Positions 34,645-44,737 of a DNA stretch of 64,000 nt are shown here, one piece after another. The DNA comes from Ignavibacteria bacterium (GTDB taxonomy: Bacteria > Bacteroidota > Ignavibacteria > Ignavibacteriales > SURF-24). The position numbers were made by a program, and so were the translations under genes. The stretch covers positions 70,009 through 134,008 of the forward strand of contig JAAXKQ010000005.1 in NCBI GenBank assembly GCA_025612245.1, read 5' to 3'. The notes under the pieces are model-generated. The model did not search any database and was not told where the DNA came from. It worked only from the letters and a program-made list of their open reading frames with translations. Numbering within the stretch: the first letter of the stretch is position 1; each line of letters begins with the position of its first letter.

Positions 34645-36219
34645 TTAAACTTCTTCTGAAACAGCCTCTTCTTCAACTTTTGCTTTATTTTCAACCTCTG
34701 CGATGTATCTCTTTGTAGCCTCCGGAAGTTCATTCCAACCCTTCATGGCCAGAAACATTCCGATTAAGGCAAATGGCATTAAGAATACTGGCCACCAGTG
34801 CCAGTCAAGAGCAGTTAAATAACCAACGCCCAGAGACTGAATGCCTGAACCAAGATAGACAAAGCCGTCGACGATTCCCGAACAGGTAGCCGTGGCCTTT
34901 CTGCCTCCAAAGTCAGCAGCAGCGGTTCCTGACATGAGTGAGTGGCAGCCGGTTACAGCCGTAACGATCAGCACTGCCGAAATTCCAACTATTACGGGGG
35001 ACGAAGTTAAGAACAGTGCCATTACGCCTGAAAGTATAAACATTGCTCCGGAGAGGAATACCACCGGGGGAGTTCTCCTTGACTGGAAGAAGTTATCTGA
35101 AATAAGTCCTCCCATAAAGCCGCCAATAATGCCGAAAATGCAGAGCAGAAGTCCCCAGTTATCCATGAAGAATTCGCCGCCGGGTTGTTTAACTTCCTTG
35201 GCAAAGATAGTGTACCACTGCATAATTCCGTTTCTGAGCGCACCGGAGGTCAGTTCGATAAAAGCAAATGTAAGCATGAGTGAGCTTCCAAAGACCATCT
35301 TGAGCAGGTCTTTTGTGGTATAATTCTCATCCATTTTGCCCGATGATGCGTCATGCGTATCGAAGGCCGGGAAACCTGCTTCCTCGGGAGTGTCCTTAAT
35401 CAAGATCCAGTCCAGGATTGCCCAGAAAACCATTATAATGGCAGGGACAAAAAATACTGCCCAGACAGCATTAACCGATCCGGTTTTAAGTGCAAAGACG
35501 CTTTGAAGCAAAGAGCTTAACCAGTTTGTCGGGCCTCCCGGGGTTACTTTGACCATATCAACTACAGCCTGTCCCCAGTCAAATGCAAAATAAACACCAA
35601 TTGAAATTAAAGAGCCGAAAATTGCGCCGAAGACACCGCGTTCCCTGACGTGGAACCAGTAAGCTTTAACTTTAATAATAGAAACGGCGCCGTAGCTCTG
35701 GAAATACATGTTCAGTGCGTAGAGCACAGAGAATATCGTTACCAGGCTGCCCGTGTAGCGCCCGGTTAATACCAGGTAAGTTACTATACCGAGCAAGATG
35801 TTGGCAATAGAAGCACCAATGGAGGAAATAATTATTCCGGCCTTACCACCGATCTTATCGACCAGGGGACCGTTGACGAGAAATGAGCATGCGTAAGTAA
35901 TTGTTCCAGCTGCAAAGATTATTCCGAAATCTTCCTTGGACATGAGTGAGCCCAGTGCATTTTTGGAAACATTCAGGTTGTAACGCCCCATGTAAAGAAA
36001 AGCGTAGGACATGCCGAGAGGGAACCAGTTGATGAACCTTCGGATTAAAAACCATTTGCCGTGTTTTAGAGGGTTATTATAAAAATACAAAAATATTATA
36101 AGCGCAATACTCAACGTAACAATAATGACACCCATATAGATATCCGTCCTGTTGAATTGTTTTAGGGGAAACTTGATGTAACTGTGTGGCTTTAAATTGG
36201 CCAAGTAAAAATATGGCAT
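34645..36219 (-). CDS. MFS transporter (organophosphate:phosphate antiporter GlpT/UhpC-like)
   Basis: 524 aa, about 12 TM helices. N-terminal YAFLYMGRYNLNVS and VDKIGGKAG motifs resemble the OPA family. The start is uncertain; an alternative ATG lies at 36135. Confidence 0.7.
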   Translation of the reverse strand: MPYFYLANLKPHSYIKFPLKQFNRTDIYMGVIIVTLSIALIIFLYFYNNPLKHGKWFLIRRFINWFPLGMSYAFLYMGRYNLNVSKNALGSLMSKEDFGIIFAAGTITYACSFLVNGPLVDKIGGKAGIIISSIGASIANILLGIVTYLVLTGRYTGSLVTIFSVLYALNMYFQSYGAVSIIKVKAYWFHVRERGVFGAIFGSLISIGVYFAFDWGQAVVDMVKVTPGGPTNWLSSLLQSVFALKTGSVNAVWAVFFVPAIIMVFWAILDWILIKDTPEEAGFPAFDTHDASSGKMDENYTTKDLLKMVFGSSLMLTFAFIELTSGALRNGIMQWYTIFAKEVKQPGGEFFMDNWGLLLCIFGIIGGFMGGLISDNFFQSRRTPPVVFLSGAMFILSGVMALFLTSSPVIVGISAVLIVTAVTGCHSLMSGTAAADFGGRKATATCSGIVDGFVYLGSGIQSLGVGYLTALDWHWWPVFLMPFALIGMFLAMKGWNELPEATKRYIAEVENKAKVEEEAVSEEV

Positions 36220-36571
36220 TAAATAATTATTAGCAACTTTTTCCTCGGACTATTAATGCCTCTTCTCTCTTATAATGGGCTTTATGCTGCTCCTCTTCCA
36301 CTGCGCCCGGAATTACCTGTAAAATGAGTGTTTGGGGAGCAAAATGGCTTAAAAAGGGTGAGAAAAATGGAAATGTGGCTATCCTCAAATGCCCACTTAA
36401 GGCCCCGGGAAAATTTTTAAGCATCCGGGGCATAAAATTTTGCACTAAAGAGGGTCACTGAGGCGGGGTATTACTCATCCATAAAATAGGCTTGGAGAAA
36501 TCCGGATTTATTTTATAAATTTAGTCCCTGATAAATAATACTGTTTTTACTTTATTTAGGGGCTTTTTCCA

Positions 36572-37675
36572 ATGCAGATCGAGAAAATTCTGTACAGATT
36601 TATTTTAACATCCATTCTTTACTTAAGTATTCATTCCACGGCACACCCGCAGGCAATACCTGAGCCCAAAATTGATTTTTCCCCGAGGCACTACGTCTGC
36701 TACAGGGCGGATGGGAAGATAAATATTGACGGAAAAATGGATGAGGAAAGCTGGCAGAGCGCTCCATGGAGCGACGCCTTTGTTGACGTTGCAGGCGGAA
36801 AAAAGCCAGCGCCCGAATTTAACAGCAGGGTAAAAATGCTCTGGGACGACAATTTCCTCTATATTGCAGCCCGGCTTGAAGAGCCCGACGTATGGGCAAC
36901 ACTCAGAGAGCGGGATACCACAATTTACGAGGACAATAATTTTGAGGTATTTATTGATCCGGACGGCGATTCGCAGAATTACTATGAGTTTGAAATAAAT
37001 GCATTAAATACTTTCTGGGACCTCCTGATGACTAAGCCCTACCGCGTGGGAGGCTTTCCTGTAAGCGCATGGGATATGCGCGGCATCAAGACGGAGGTTG
37101 GAATTCAGGGGACAATAAATAACCCCGGTGACAGGGATAGCAGCTGGACGGTTGAACTTGCTTTCCCGTTAAAAGTCCTGATGCAGTCTTCAGGGCACAA
37201 AGGGCTTCCCAAGGACAACGAGCAGTGGAGGGTGAACTTTACAAGGGTCGAGTGGGGAGTATCCTCTATTGAAGGCAAGTATAAAAGAAAGGATGACCAG
37301 ACCAGTTACTGGGCCTGGTCGCCAATTGGCAGAGTTGATTACCATTACCCTGAAATGTACGGGTACGTCCAGTTCTCCCGGAATATAGCAGGAACAAAAG
37401 AGGATAATTTCATACAAAGGAAAGAAGAATATGCCAAGTGGGTCTTAAGGCAGATATTCTATAAGGAAAGGGCTTACTATTCAGATCATGGCACTTACAC
37501 AAACAGTTTAGGGGAGCTCAAGTTTCCAAAGAAGGATATCCCCGGATATGAGTGGCCCCCGGTAATTGAGACCGCATCGGATTTCTTTGAAATATCCATA
37601 CTGAGCTCAGACAATGAGACAAAGGCATATATTTATAGCGACGGGAAGACCGGGCAAATCCGGAAGGACAAATAG
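36572..37675 (+). CDS. Carbohydrate-binding family 9-like (CBM9/DOMON-like) secreted protein
   Basis: 367 aa. Signal peptide. WQSAPWSDAFVDV, VKMLWDDNFLYIAARLEEPDVWA, NNFEVFIDPDGDSQNYYEFEINALNT. Confidence 0.7.
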   Translation: MQIEKILYRFILTSILYLSIHSTAHPQAIPEPKIDFSPRHYVCYRADGKINIDGKMDEESWQSAPWSDAFVDVAGGKKPAPEFNSRVKMLWDDNFLYIAARLEEPDVWATLRERDTTIYEDNNFEVFIDPDGDSQNYYEFEINALNTFWDLLMTKPYRVGGFPVSAWDMRGIKTEVGIQGTINNPGDRDSSWTVELAFPLKVLMQSSGHKGLPKDNEQWRVNFTRVEWGVSSIEGKYKRKDDQTSYWAWSPIGRVDYHYPEMYGYVQFSRNIAGTKEDNFIQRKEEYAKWVLRQIFYKERAYYSDHGTYTNSLGELKFPKKDIPGYEWPPVIETASDFFEISILSSDNETKAYIYSDGKTGQIRKDK

Positions 37676-38006
37676 CTATTGGGGTTTTCTAAGTGGGAAA
37701 GATTACCGGGTCAGAATGAGTAAAGCACAACAAAGTTTTCAATATCCGAGCCGGTTTCTTGAATTCCCGAGATAAAGATGTGCATTTTGGCGTCGGAAAA
37801 TTGATTGTAAAAAGTTAAATCAGTAAGTTTTAGCACCTGAATTTCCTGAACTTTGGGCTTTTTGTGGCTGTGTAATATACTTTGGGGTCCGCCACAGAGC
37901 TCAAACCTGGCCTCGAACCGGCCTCTGCCAGGGAAATTCCGGTCTTTTGAGAGGCAATAAACGGTTACAAATTGCATGATTAGATAAAATTTCCAGGAGA
38001 ATTTTT

Positions 38007-38915
38007 ATGCTAGGGTATCTTTATGGATCTTTGCTCGCAATTATCCAGATAATAGTGGGATTAGTGGTATTATATCTATTTGGTTCAAGACTTCAGAAAG
38101 TTGAAGACAAAAGCTTTAAGGCGCGTTTTAAGAACGTTTTTCAGCAGTTTAAGTCTGCCAAAAAGGGGATTTTAATTATCCCGTGTTTATTAATGCTGGC
38201 ACTTTTTGCATTTGACGGTTTTATAGCCGTTAAACTCATTGAGCAAAGAGATGCTGCACAGATAATGGATTTCCTGCTTCTGGACAAGATGCACAGGAAT
38301 GCAGATGACCTTCTGACGGACCTTTCAAAAGAGGTAAAGAACTTTACGGACCAGCATCCGGAGTTTAATGTACAGTATAAGGTTGAAAAGCAGTCAAATC
38401 CGTCTTACGAGGATATGGTAGTCGACCAGGCCTTCCAGGTGGTTTTATATGCCGAACGCAAAGATATGGGGCAGGATCCAGAATTAAAGAAAATTAACGT
38501 GATGCTGGATAACATAGAGGATCTGAGGAAGGAAATGGCAAGAATTGAGGGCTCATTGTCTAACCCAATTAAAGTCCAGAAAGGAGAGACTCACCGTTCA
38601 ATTTGCCAGCATTACCTGAAAGACGAGATGAAACTTGACGACAAGCAGGTTAAATCGATACTTAACAGGACCGCCTTGTTCCCGAACCTGCTGCCTAAGT
38701 TTTATGTATATAACCTGTATAAAGACGGCGTATTTCTGACGACCGTTACGCAGGGAGAGGCTAAACTCTCGCCTATGACCGTAAGCAGGCTTTCGCAGAG
38801 GAGAATGATGAGCGGCGTTCTAAAAGAGAACAATGAACTTAAGGTTTCTCTGGATTCGCTGAGATCCGCCTACAAGATTGGTTCTGAAACGCCCGAACAA
38901 CAACAGGATAATTAA
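38007..38915 (+). CDS. Hypothetical membrane protein
   Basis: 302 aa. AGGAG Shine-Dalgarno sequence. Two N-terminal TM helices. No motif recognised. Confidence 0.5.
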   Translation: MLGYLYGSLLAIIQIIVGLVVLYLFGSRLQKVEDKSFKARFKNVFQQFKSAKKGILIIPCLLMLALFAFDGFIAVKLIEQRDAAQIMDFLLLDKMHRNADDLLTDLSKEVKNFTDQHPEFNVQYKVEKQSNPSYEDMVVDQAFQVVLYAERKDMGQDPELKKINVMLDNIEDLRKEMARIEGSLSNPIKVQKGETHRSICQHYLKDEMKLDDKQVKSILNRTALFPNLLPKFYVYNLYKDGVFLTTVTQGEAKLSPMTVSRLSQRRMMSGVLKENNELKVSLDSLRSAYKIGSETPEQQQDN

Positions 38916-38927
38916 AAAGGAATAAAA

Positions 38928-38962
38928 AAGCCCGGACCTTATAAGCCCGGGCTTTTCTTTTT
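38928..38962. terminator. Bidirectional terminator between convergent genes
   Basis: AAGCCCGG (38928-38935) / CCGGGCTT (38946-38953), flanked by an A-run upstream and TTCTTTTT downstream. Confidence 0.7.
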
Positions 38963-38974
38963 ATAGGCTTCAGT

Positions 38975-39727
38975 TTATCTTACAACGTCTGCCGTAATTA
39001 TCAGTATCTGCGTGGGCTCGTCAGGGTCGTTGCTGCCGATCTTAATATTTTTGGCTACTTTGCCCTTGAGGTTTGAGGTATCAAATTCAACCTTCAGTGT
39101 CCCGTTCTTTCCCGGTTCAATTTTCCTGCTGCTAAGGCGCGTTGCAATGCCCCCGCCCGAAGTAACGACAAAACCTATGTCCAGAGTAGAGCCGCCGGTA
39201 TTTGTAAAATTAAAAGTATACCGTGTAACTTTGCCTTCGTTCAATTTTCCGAAATCGTGCACCTTTTCATTAAATGCAAGTTTAGGGCTTTTTAAGGATA
39301 CCCTTTTTGCCAGCAGATCAGAACTACTCGGGATATTGGAGTTTTTTAAGCTATTAGTTAAAACATTGGCAGTAAAAGTAACGCGTGCGCTGCTGCTGGA
39401 GAGGTCATTCGACAATATCATTACGGTTTTACTCTGTTTACCCTCGCGTCCCGATGAATTAAACGTTACCGTCAGTTCGGTGGATTCGCCGGGCTGCAGG
39501 TCGTTCGTCTTTAATTTTGCTACGGTGCAGCCGCATGAAACGCTGACATTCCTAATGTTCAGAACGGCGGAGCCTTCATTTTTGACCGTATAGACCTTTG
39601 TGACCACATCACCCTCTTTAATGTCACCCATGTCATAGGTCAGGGGGGAGACCGAAATTTTAGGCCCCGTCTGTGCGAGTGCCAGCCCGGAAATAAAAAG
39701 CAAAGCAAATACGGATTTTCTTAACAT
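38975..39727 (-). CDS. Secreted protein with two DUF1573 domains
   Basis: 250 aa. Signal peptide. First module YDMGDIKEGDVVTKVYTVKNEGSAVLNIRNVSVSCGCTVAK. Second module HDFGKLNEGKVTRYTFNFTNTGGSTLDI. Confidence 0.8.
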   Translation of the reverse strand: MLRKSVFALLFISGLALAQTGPKISVSPLTYDMGDIKEGDVVTKVYTVKNEGSAVLNIRNVSVSCGCTVAKLKTNDLQPGESTELTVTFNSSGREGKQSKTVMILSNDLSSSSARVTFTANVLTNSLKNSNIPSSSDLLAKRVSLKSPKLAFNEKVHDFGKLNEGKVTRYTFNFTNTGGSTLDIGFVVTSGGGIATRLSSRKIEPGKNGTLKVEFDTSNLKGKVAKNIKIGSNDPDEPTQILIITADVVR

Positions 39728-39730
39728 TTT

Positions 39731-40174
39731 TTACTCCAGCTTTAGTGATCCTTTCTCAAAATAGATTATGTAAAAGCCTAAGAGGGCAAGAGCTGAATTC
39801 TCAAGGACCTTTTGCCAGCCGGTCCTGAGCACTGAAGAGGTTCCGAAACAGCCGCATTCAATATTCAGGCCGCGTGCGATACTGATTGCAACAAGAATTA
39901 TAAACAAGAAAAGCAGGGAATTGAGAATTGCCGCATTTTCACGCACGAGTATGCCGAATAAAAGAAGTAAACCTGAGACCAGTTCGAGCCAGGGGAGCGT
40001 AACGGCAAAAAAGTTGATAATTGCTTCAGGGAATATCCTGTAGTCATATATAGCCTTGGCAAAGCCGGACGGATCGGAGATCTTTTGCATTCCGGCAAAG
40101 ATAAAAACTCCTCCCAGGGCAATTCTTGCCATAAGGAGCAGGTATTCATTTGATATAATATTTTTTAGCTTCAT
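39731..40174 (-). CDS. MauE/DoxX-family membrane protein
   Basis: 147 aa, four TM helices, ECGCFG motif near the C-terminal end. Confidence 0.7.
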   Translation of the reverse strand: MKLKNIISNEYLLLMARIALGGVFIFAGMQKISDPSGFAKAIYDYRIFPEAIINFFAVTLPWLELVSGLLLLFGILVRENAAILNSLLFLFIILVAISIARGLNIECGCFGTSSVLRTGWQKVLENSALALLGFYIIYFEKGSLKLE

Positions 40175-40669
40175 CTATTTTCCAATTGGATATTTGGCAT
40201 CGGCCCAGGCATTCCAGCCGCCGAAGAAAATAAAAACCTTATTGTAGCCCATGGAAGCCAGTTTATTTCCAAGCATAATGCTAAGTTCACAATCGGATCC
40301 TCCGCAGTAAGAGACTACGGGCTCGTCTTTGGGAATGCTCTTCAGTATCTCCTGATATTTATTAAACCGGTCATAAGGAATATTTATGGCGTGCCCGATG
40401 TGCCCCGCCTGGAAGTCGGGTTCTTCACGGGCGTCAATAAAGGTAACGTGTGCCTCGTAAAGGCGGAGTGCCTCCTTGAGGGAGATGTGCCTTGGCTCAG
40501 CCTCTGGAAGCATGCTTCCCTCACTTCTTAGCAGCTCGTCCGATACGTATTTTTTAATGCTGAAGCCGAATAAGGGCAGAGCTTCAGGTGAAAAATAATT
40601 GTACGTGAGGCCAAGCAAGAGGCTGGCGCATACAATAATTAGAACTTTTTTGAAATCTGGTTTTGCCAT
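40175..40669 (-). CDS. Membrane-anchored rhodanese-domain protein
   Basis: 164 aa. N-terminal TM anchor. FIDAREEPDFQAGHIGHAINIP and the active-site loop region VVSYCGGSDCELS. Its stop codon abuts the start codon of the downstream gene (40174/40175). Confidence 0.75.
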   Translation of the reverse strand: MAKPDFKKVLIIVCASLLLGLTYNYFSPEALPLFGFSIKKYVSDELLRSEGSMLPEAEPRHISLKEALRLYEAHVTFIDAREEPDFQAGHIGHAINIPYDRFNKYQEILKSIPKDEPVVSYCGGSDCELSIMLGNKLASMGYNKVFIFFGGWNAWADAKYPIGK

Positions 40670-40795
40670 TGGATTTTACCAGGCTTGTGTGAGCTGCTTT
40701 AAAGATAAAATACATCCCTGAATGTTAAGAAGCAAACGGGTTTTGTGCCGTGAGTCTACTTTGGGATAAATGATGGGAAAGGAAGATCTGATTGT

Positions 40796-40833
40796 CCAAA
40801 GAATAAAGCCCGGCATCAACAGGTGCCGGGCCT
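40796..40833 (-). terminator. Rho-independent terminator of the beta-lactamase gene
   Basis: GCCCGGCA (40808-40815) / TGCCGGGC (40824-40831). On the minus strand the hairpin is followed by TTATTCTTTGG. Confidence 0.6.
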
Positions 40834-40878
40834 TAAACTTTAGCAAAAATTTAGCAGCGGATGTGGAGAAAACGAGCC

Positions 40879-41787
40879 CTATTTATCACTCTCATTGGCG
40901 GTCCATTTATCCCAGCCCAGCTTAGCAATTTTTGCAATCACGCCTTCGCGCACGCTTTCGGGTGCCTTAGAGTCGGAGACAAAGACTGCCACAAGAAGGT
41001 GGCGGCCGTTTGGAAGAGTTATTATTCCTATGTCGTTCGTTGCCGGTGCAACTCCGTTCCTGCTGCCTGATGTTCCGGTCTTGTGGGCCACTTCTGTACC
41101 TTTGGGCAGGAGGCCTTTAATGCGTTTAGTGCCGGTAACGGTCCCGGTCATAATCTCCAGAAGAACTTTTTGAGTCTCGGGCTTAAAGATCCCGCCTTTG
41201 CCAATTAGGCTCAGAAGTTTTATTGCATCACGGGGTGTGGAATAATTCTTATACTGTGCGGAAAAATCCTTTCCCATTTCGTTTTCTGTATTTACTACAT
41301 GTATATCTTTAAGCCCAAGGCCCGAGAGGTATTTCATTACGCCATGGCTACTTCCGGAGAGGCGCATGAGCACGTCACTTGCGGTGCCGTCACTTTCTGC
41401 AATTGCGTAGCGGATGAGTTCGCGGAGTTTAATGGTGAAATTTCCTTCAGGATGCTGGTCCCTGATCGGGCTATAGCCGTTTTTATCCAATAGGTCAGAC
41501 TTTTTTACCAGTATCATGCTGTCGAGGCTGAATAAGCCGGAGTCGACCTTAGAAAGCATAGCCATTGCAATGGGTAATTTATAAACGCTCTGCATTGGGA
41601 AGTGCCTTTGTGGATTTAGCCATGCCGTCTCCCCGGTTTCCAGTAGCATAATACCAGCACCTACCTTGCCCTTTGCCTCAGAGGAGATTTCTGCCATTCT
41701 TTTTTCAATGCCGTTACTTAGGTCGTTCTGTGCGGCAAGCAGGCTGCTAAATAAAAGAATAAAAAGTAAAATATTCAGTTTTTTCAT
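40879..41787 (-). CDS. Class A beta-lactamase-like protein
   Basis: Start moved to the ATG at 41787 (signal peptide MKKLNILLFILLFSSLLAAQ). SxxK in MQSVYKL, an SDN-like ESDGTASD, and KTG in HKTGTSG. Confidence 0.7.
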   Translation of the reverse strand: MKKLNILLFILLFSSLLAAQNDLSNGIEKRMAEISSEAKGKVGAGIMLLETGETAWLNPQRHFPMQSVYKLPIAMAMLSKVDSGLFSLDSMILVKKSDLLDKNGYSPIRDQHPEGNFTIKLRELIRYAIAESDGTASDVLMRLSGSSHGVMKYLSGLGLKDIHVVNTENEMGKDFSAQYKNYSTPRDAIKLLSLIGKGGIFKPETQKVLLEIMTGTVTGTKRIKGLLPKGTEVAHKTGTSGSRNGVAPATNDIGIITLPNGRHLLVAVFVSDSKAPESVREGVIAKIAKLGWDKWTANESDK

Positions 41788-41825
41788 TTTGATGAACTCA
41801 GATTTTAACAAGTTATTTAAATGTA

Positions 41826-43139
41826 CTACATCAATGCTTCAGGAGTCTGCGGAGTAGATAATATTTTCTTAAAGATCTCCCAGCGTTTTTCTGGGTCAGC
41901 TTCAGTGCCGCCATTTTTCTCAATATAATTTTTAATTATGTCCTGCCCCAGCGTATAATTTATGTCATAGCTCCTGTAATGCTCGAAGAATCTTAAAAGT
42001 CTCTCTGCGCGTTCTTTTGACATAAGGTTATATTTCATAAGCCAGTCAATTGTTTCCTCTTTTGTGAACTTCCCGTCCAGATAATTGCGTGCTGCTTCTG
42101 TTCCGGCATACTGGAGGTTGTTTATGAGTAACCTCAGCTGGTAGTAAAGCCCGGCTTTGGAGGTATCAAGTCCGGCAAGTGGGAACAGGACATTCTTTTC
42201 GAAGCTGAGTCTTTCATCTCCCGGGAAAATCATCTCTATGCCGAAATTTGCGCTGCCTTCTGCTATGAGCGACTGCGGGCTGTAAAGGGGGTAGACCGTA
42301 AACTCGATCCAGCCTTTGCCTTTTGCCAGTTTCTCTTCCAGGAGGGCATTATATACGTGATGCCCCGGGTAGCCCTCGTGCGAGGCGAGGCCGAGCGGTC
42401 CGTCAATATATGTCGGGAGCTCTGTGTTTACTTCAATGAGGCTGAATGCATTTCCCTTATACCAGTTGTAAGCGCCCCAGGGTTTATCTTTTACATATTC
42501 CACCTTGAAATTTTCACCTTCGGGCAGCTTAATATGTTCAAGGGTTCTCCTTCTGCATTCATTTATTGCGGCCGTAAATACGGCATCCAGTTTGTCTTTT
42601 GGAATTATGAACTGGTTTCTGAACTTTTCGTATCTTTCCAGGATGTCACCTTCTCCCGGAAGGAGGCTCTGAAATTCCTTCATGCGGCTCTCAAAATATT
42701 GCCTGTCGTGCACGGGAGCTACGGCATCATAAAGTGCCCTGGATTCCTGGTCGAAAGTCATTTTCTTTCCGTGCAGGATTTCAATCCTGGCCCTTACAGC
42801 CGAGATTTGTGCCTTCAGAAAATCACGGCGGAGTTTCTCAATTTCACTTAAGTCCTTATCCGGAATTTTCGATAGGCCGCTAAGAAGCCTGTCGGCCTCA
42901 CGGGTCAGCTTTTCGTAGGGAAAATTCTTTTTTGCGCTGTCGTTTAATTCAGCCGGTTTCCACTCCCGTGGTCCGTAATAGGCGTCAACATACCCATCGT
43001 CGTACTGCCCTACGTTTAATACCAGCCTGACATAAGTCTCGGCTATCCGGTTCATCTTTTTATCCCTGGCAAAATCTGTTGAAGAAGAAATAATTAGCGT
43101 AAAAGCAGTTAAAAGCCAAATGGCGCTTTTGGTATTCAT
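41826..43139 (-). CDS. DUF885-family secreted protein (putative metallopeptidase-like)
   Basis: Start moved to the ATG at 43139 (signal peptide). HEGYPGHHV motif typical of DUF885. Confidence 0.6.
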   Translation of the reverse strand: MNTKSAIWLLTAFTLIISSSTDFARDKKMNRIAETYVRLVLNVGQYDDGYVDAYYGPREWKPAELNDSAKKNFPYEKLTREADRLLSGLSKIPDKDLSEIEKLRRDFLKAQISAVRARIEILHGKKMTFDQESRALYDAVAPVHDRQYFESRMKEFQSLLPGEGDILERYEKFRNQFIIPKDKLDAVFTAAINECRRRTLEHIKLPEGENFKVEYVKDKPWGAYNWYKGNAFSLIEVNTELPTYIDGPLGLASHEGYPGHHVYNALLEEKLAKGKGWIEFTVYPLYSPQSLIAEGSANFGIEMIFPGDERLSFEKNVLFPLAGLDTSKAGLYYQLRLLINNLQYAGTEAARNYLDGKFTKEETIDWLMKYNLMSKERAERLLRFFEHYRSYDINYTLGQDIIKNYIEKNGGTEADPEKRWEIFKKILSTPQTPEALM

Positions 43140-43390
43140 GGCAAGCCTCAATTTTATAAAGGATACTGCAATATAAATCCCTTAAGCGAGATTGAAAAGA
43201 GCGTGCATAGGCTTGTGTGGAAAAATATTTTATAAAATGCCCCCGGCAAAGGGAAAAAAGAGTCACCCGTGGCGCATGGATTCATCAGCGCTATATTTTA
43301 ATAATAAATCATTTGATGTGACTTTGAACGTGCAATTTATTAACTTCTCTCATTACATTATGACATATTAAGATAATAAAGGAGTGCAAA

Positions 43391-44662
43391 ATGAAAATTC
43401 GTTTTATTCTGCTCATTTCGTTGTCCTTGTTGTTGTCTTCAGAACGCGCTTACTGCCAGATAGGTGCGGCAGCTCTAGAGTTCCTGCAGTTACCCACGAG
43501 TGCAGAGATGTTTGCCATGGGCTGGAGCTCAGTTGCTCTTCCTTCCAGCGATCCTGTAATGGCCTCCTACAACCCCGCTCAGCTTGGGGTGCAGAGTTTC
43601 AATAATAACCTTTCGGCCAGTTTCGTATCAACTGACTGGCTTCCTTCCTATGACCGAATTGAAATGTCAAGTACGTCTATTAATGGCGGAATCAACCTAG
43701 GAAAATATTTAGGGAATGTTCCTCCAATCAGCCTTGGTTTTGGCTATTCAAGGCTGAAAGTGACTTATCCCGAGTATTGGAACTCTACACCCCCAGGTAA
43801 CAAATATGACAAGGCAGACAATTTTACCCTAAGTGCTGCGGTAGATTACTATGTTAAAGCCTCTGTAGGTTTTACATACAAACATGTGGATTCCAATCCT
43901 TTTGGCTCTGTTACACTAGGTGATCAGCTGATGCATCCTTCGGCTACGGCAAATTTATTTGACTGGGGCATTTTTCTTCAGGTCCCTGTCTTTCCAATTA
44001 TGGAAAAATCAATGGCAAGGCCGCTTAGGGTGTATGATAATTTTTCTCCCGTTCTGGACCTGAGCTTCGGGTTTTCCAACAGCAACCTGGGGCAGAATTC
44101 AATTTCCTACATATCCAATGCTTTTGCTGATGCACTTCCAAGGCTTGCCCGTACGGGAATAGGCCTAACGGCTGGAATTCAGTACGAAAAAAACGGCGTT
44201 TCTATTATGCCCTTATCGGGAAGATGGACAGTGGAAGCAACAGACCTTCTGGTCAAGGAAGACGCATCAACCGGATATAAGTGGGTGTACCAATCGGGAT
44301 TTGGAGACATTAAGTTCTTCAAGGATGTAATTGGAGGTAAATCGAACGGTCTTACAGAAAAGCAGAAAGGCTGGGAGTTAAACCTTCTTGAGACAGTGAG
44401 CCTTTACTGGGGGCGTTTCGAGGAGGCATACGACATGCGCAGCCGGTATTTCAAGACTAGCGGATGGGGTTTGAGGAGCGCGGGCTTATTCAAGGTTCTA
44501 CAGATATTGACACCTGAACTTTTGGGCCACAATGTTTTGAGCTATGCCTTTAGCCACCTGGATTTCCGGTATACAATAGGCAAGGTGAAAACCGATATCC
44601 CCAGTTTAGCGCTGGATAATCAGAAATTCAGCTCGTTCAGTGTCATATTCTACGGCTTGTAA
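43391..44662 (+). CDS. PorV/PorQ-like outer-membrane beta-barrel protein
   Basis: 423 aa. Signal peptide. The N-terminal GAAALEFLQLPTSAEMFAMGWSSVALPSSDPVMASYNPAQLG matches the conserved PorV/PorQ-family N-terminal strand region. Confidence 0.6.
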   Translation: MKIRFILLISLSLLLSSERAYCQIGAAALEFLQLPTSAEMFAMGWSSVALPSSDPVMASYNPAQLGVQSFNNNLSASFVSTDWLPSYDRIEMSSTSINGGINLGKYLGNVPPISLGFGYSRLKVTYPEYWNSTPPGNKYDKADNFTLSAAVDYYVKASVGFTYKHVDSNPFGSVTLGDQLMHPSATANLFDWGIFLQVPVFPIMEKSMARPLRVYDNFSPVLDLSFGFSNSNLGQNSISYISNAFADALPRLARTGIGLTAGIQYEKNGVSIMPLSGRWTVEATDLLVKEDASTGYKWVYQSGFGDIKFFKDVIGGKSNGLTEKQKGWELNLLETVSLYWGRFEEAYDMRSRYFKTSGWGLRSAGLFKVLQILTPELLGHNVLSYAFSHLDFRYTIGKVKTDIPSLALDNQKFSSFSVIFYGL

Positions 44663-44687
44663 AGCTTTTGAGTTGGAGCAATGGTTT

Positions 44688-44720
44688 GCCTGGCGGTTGT
44701 TTTAATCATAGCCGCCAGGC
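44688..44720. terminator. Hairpin between convergent genes
   Basis: 9-bp stem GCCTGGCGG (44688-44696) / CCGCCAGGC (44712-44720) with a 15-nt loop. Confidence 0.45.
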
Positions 44721-44737
44721 TTGAAATTAAATAAAAA

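Noticed and set aside
37711-37977. 88-aa minus-strand ORF between the CBM9-like gene and the hypothetical membrane protein. The 71-aa ORF at 36230-36445 is a similar case.
   Set aside because: There is no Shine-Dalgarno sequence, no recognisable motif, and the composition is atypical. These may be real small genes, but the sequence alone gives no support.
20241-41787. Reading the two beta-lactamase-family genes (20241-21959 and 40879-41787) as an acquired resistance island.
   Set aside because: There is no transposase, integrase, tRNA or flanking repeat, and no obvious compositional break. Such serine hydrolases are common chromosomal genes in environmental FCB bacteria.
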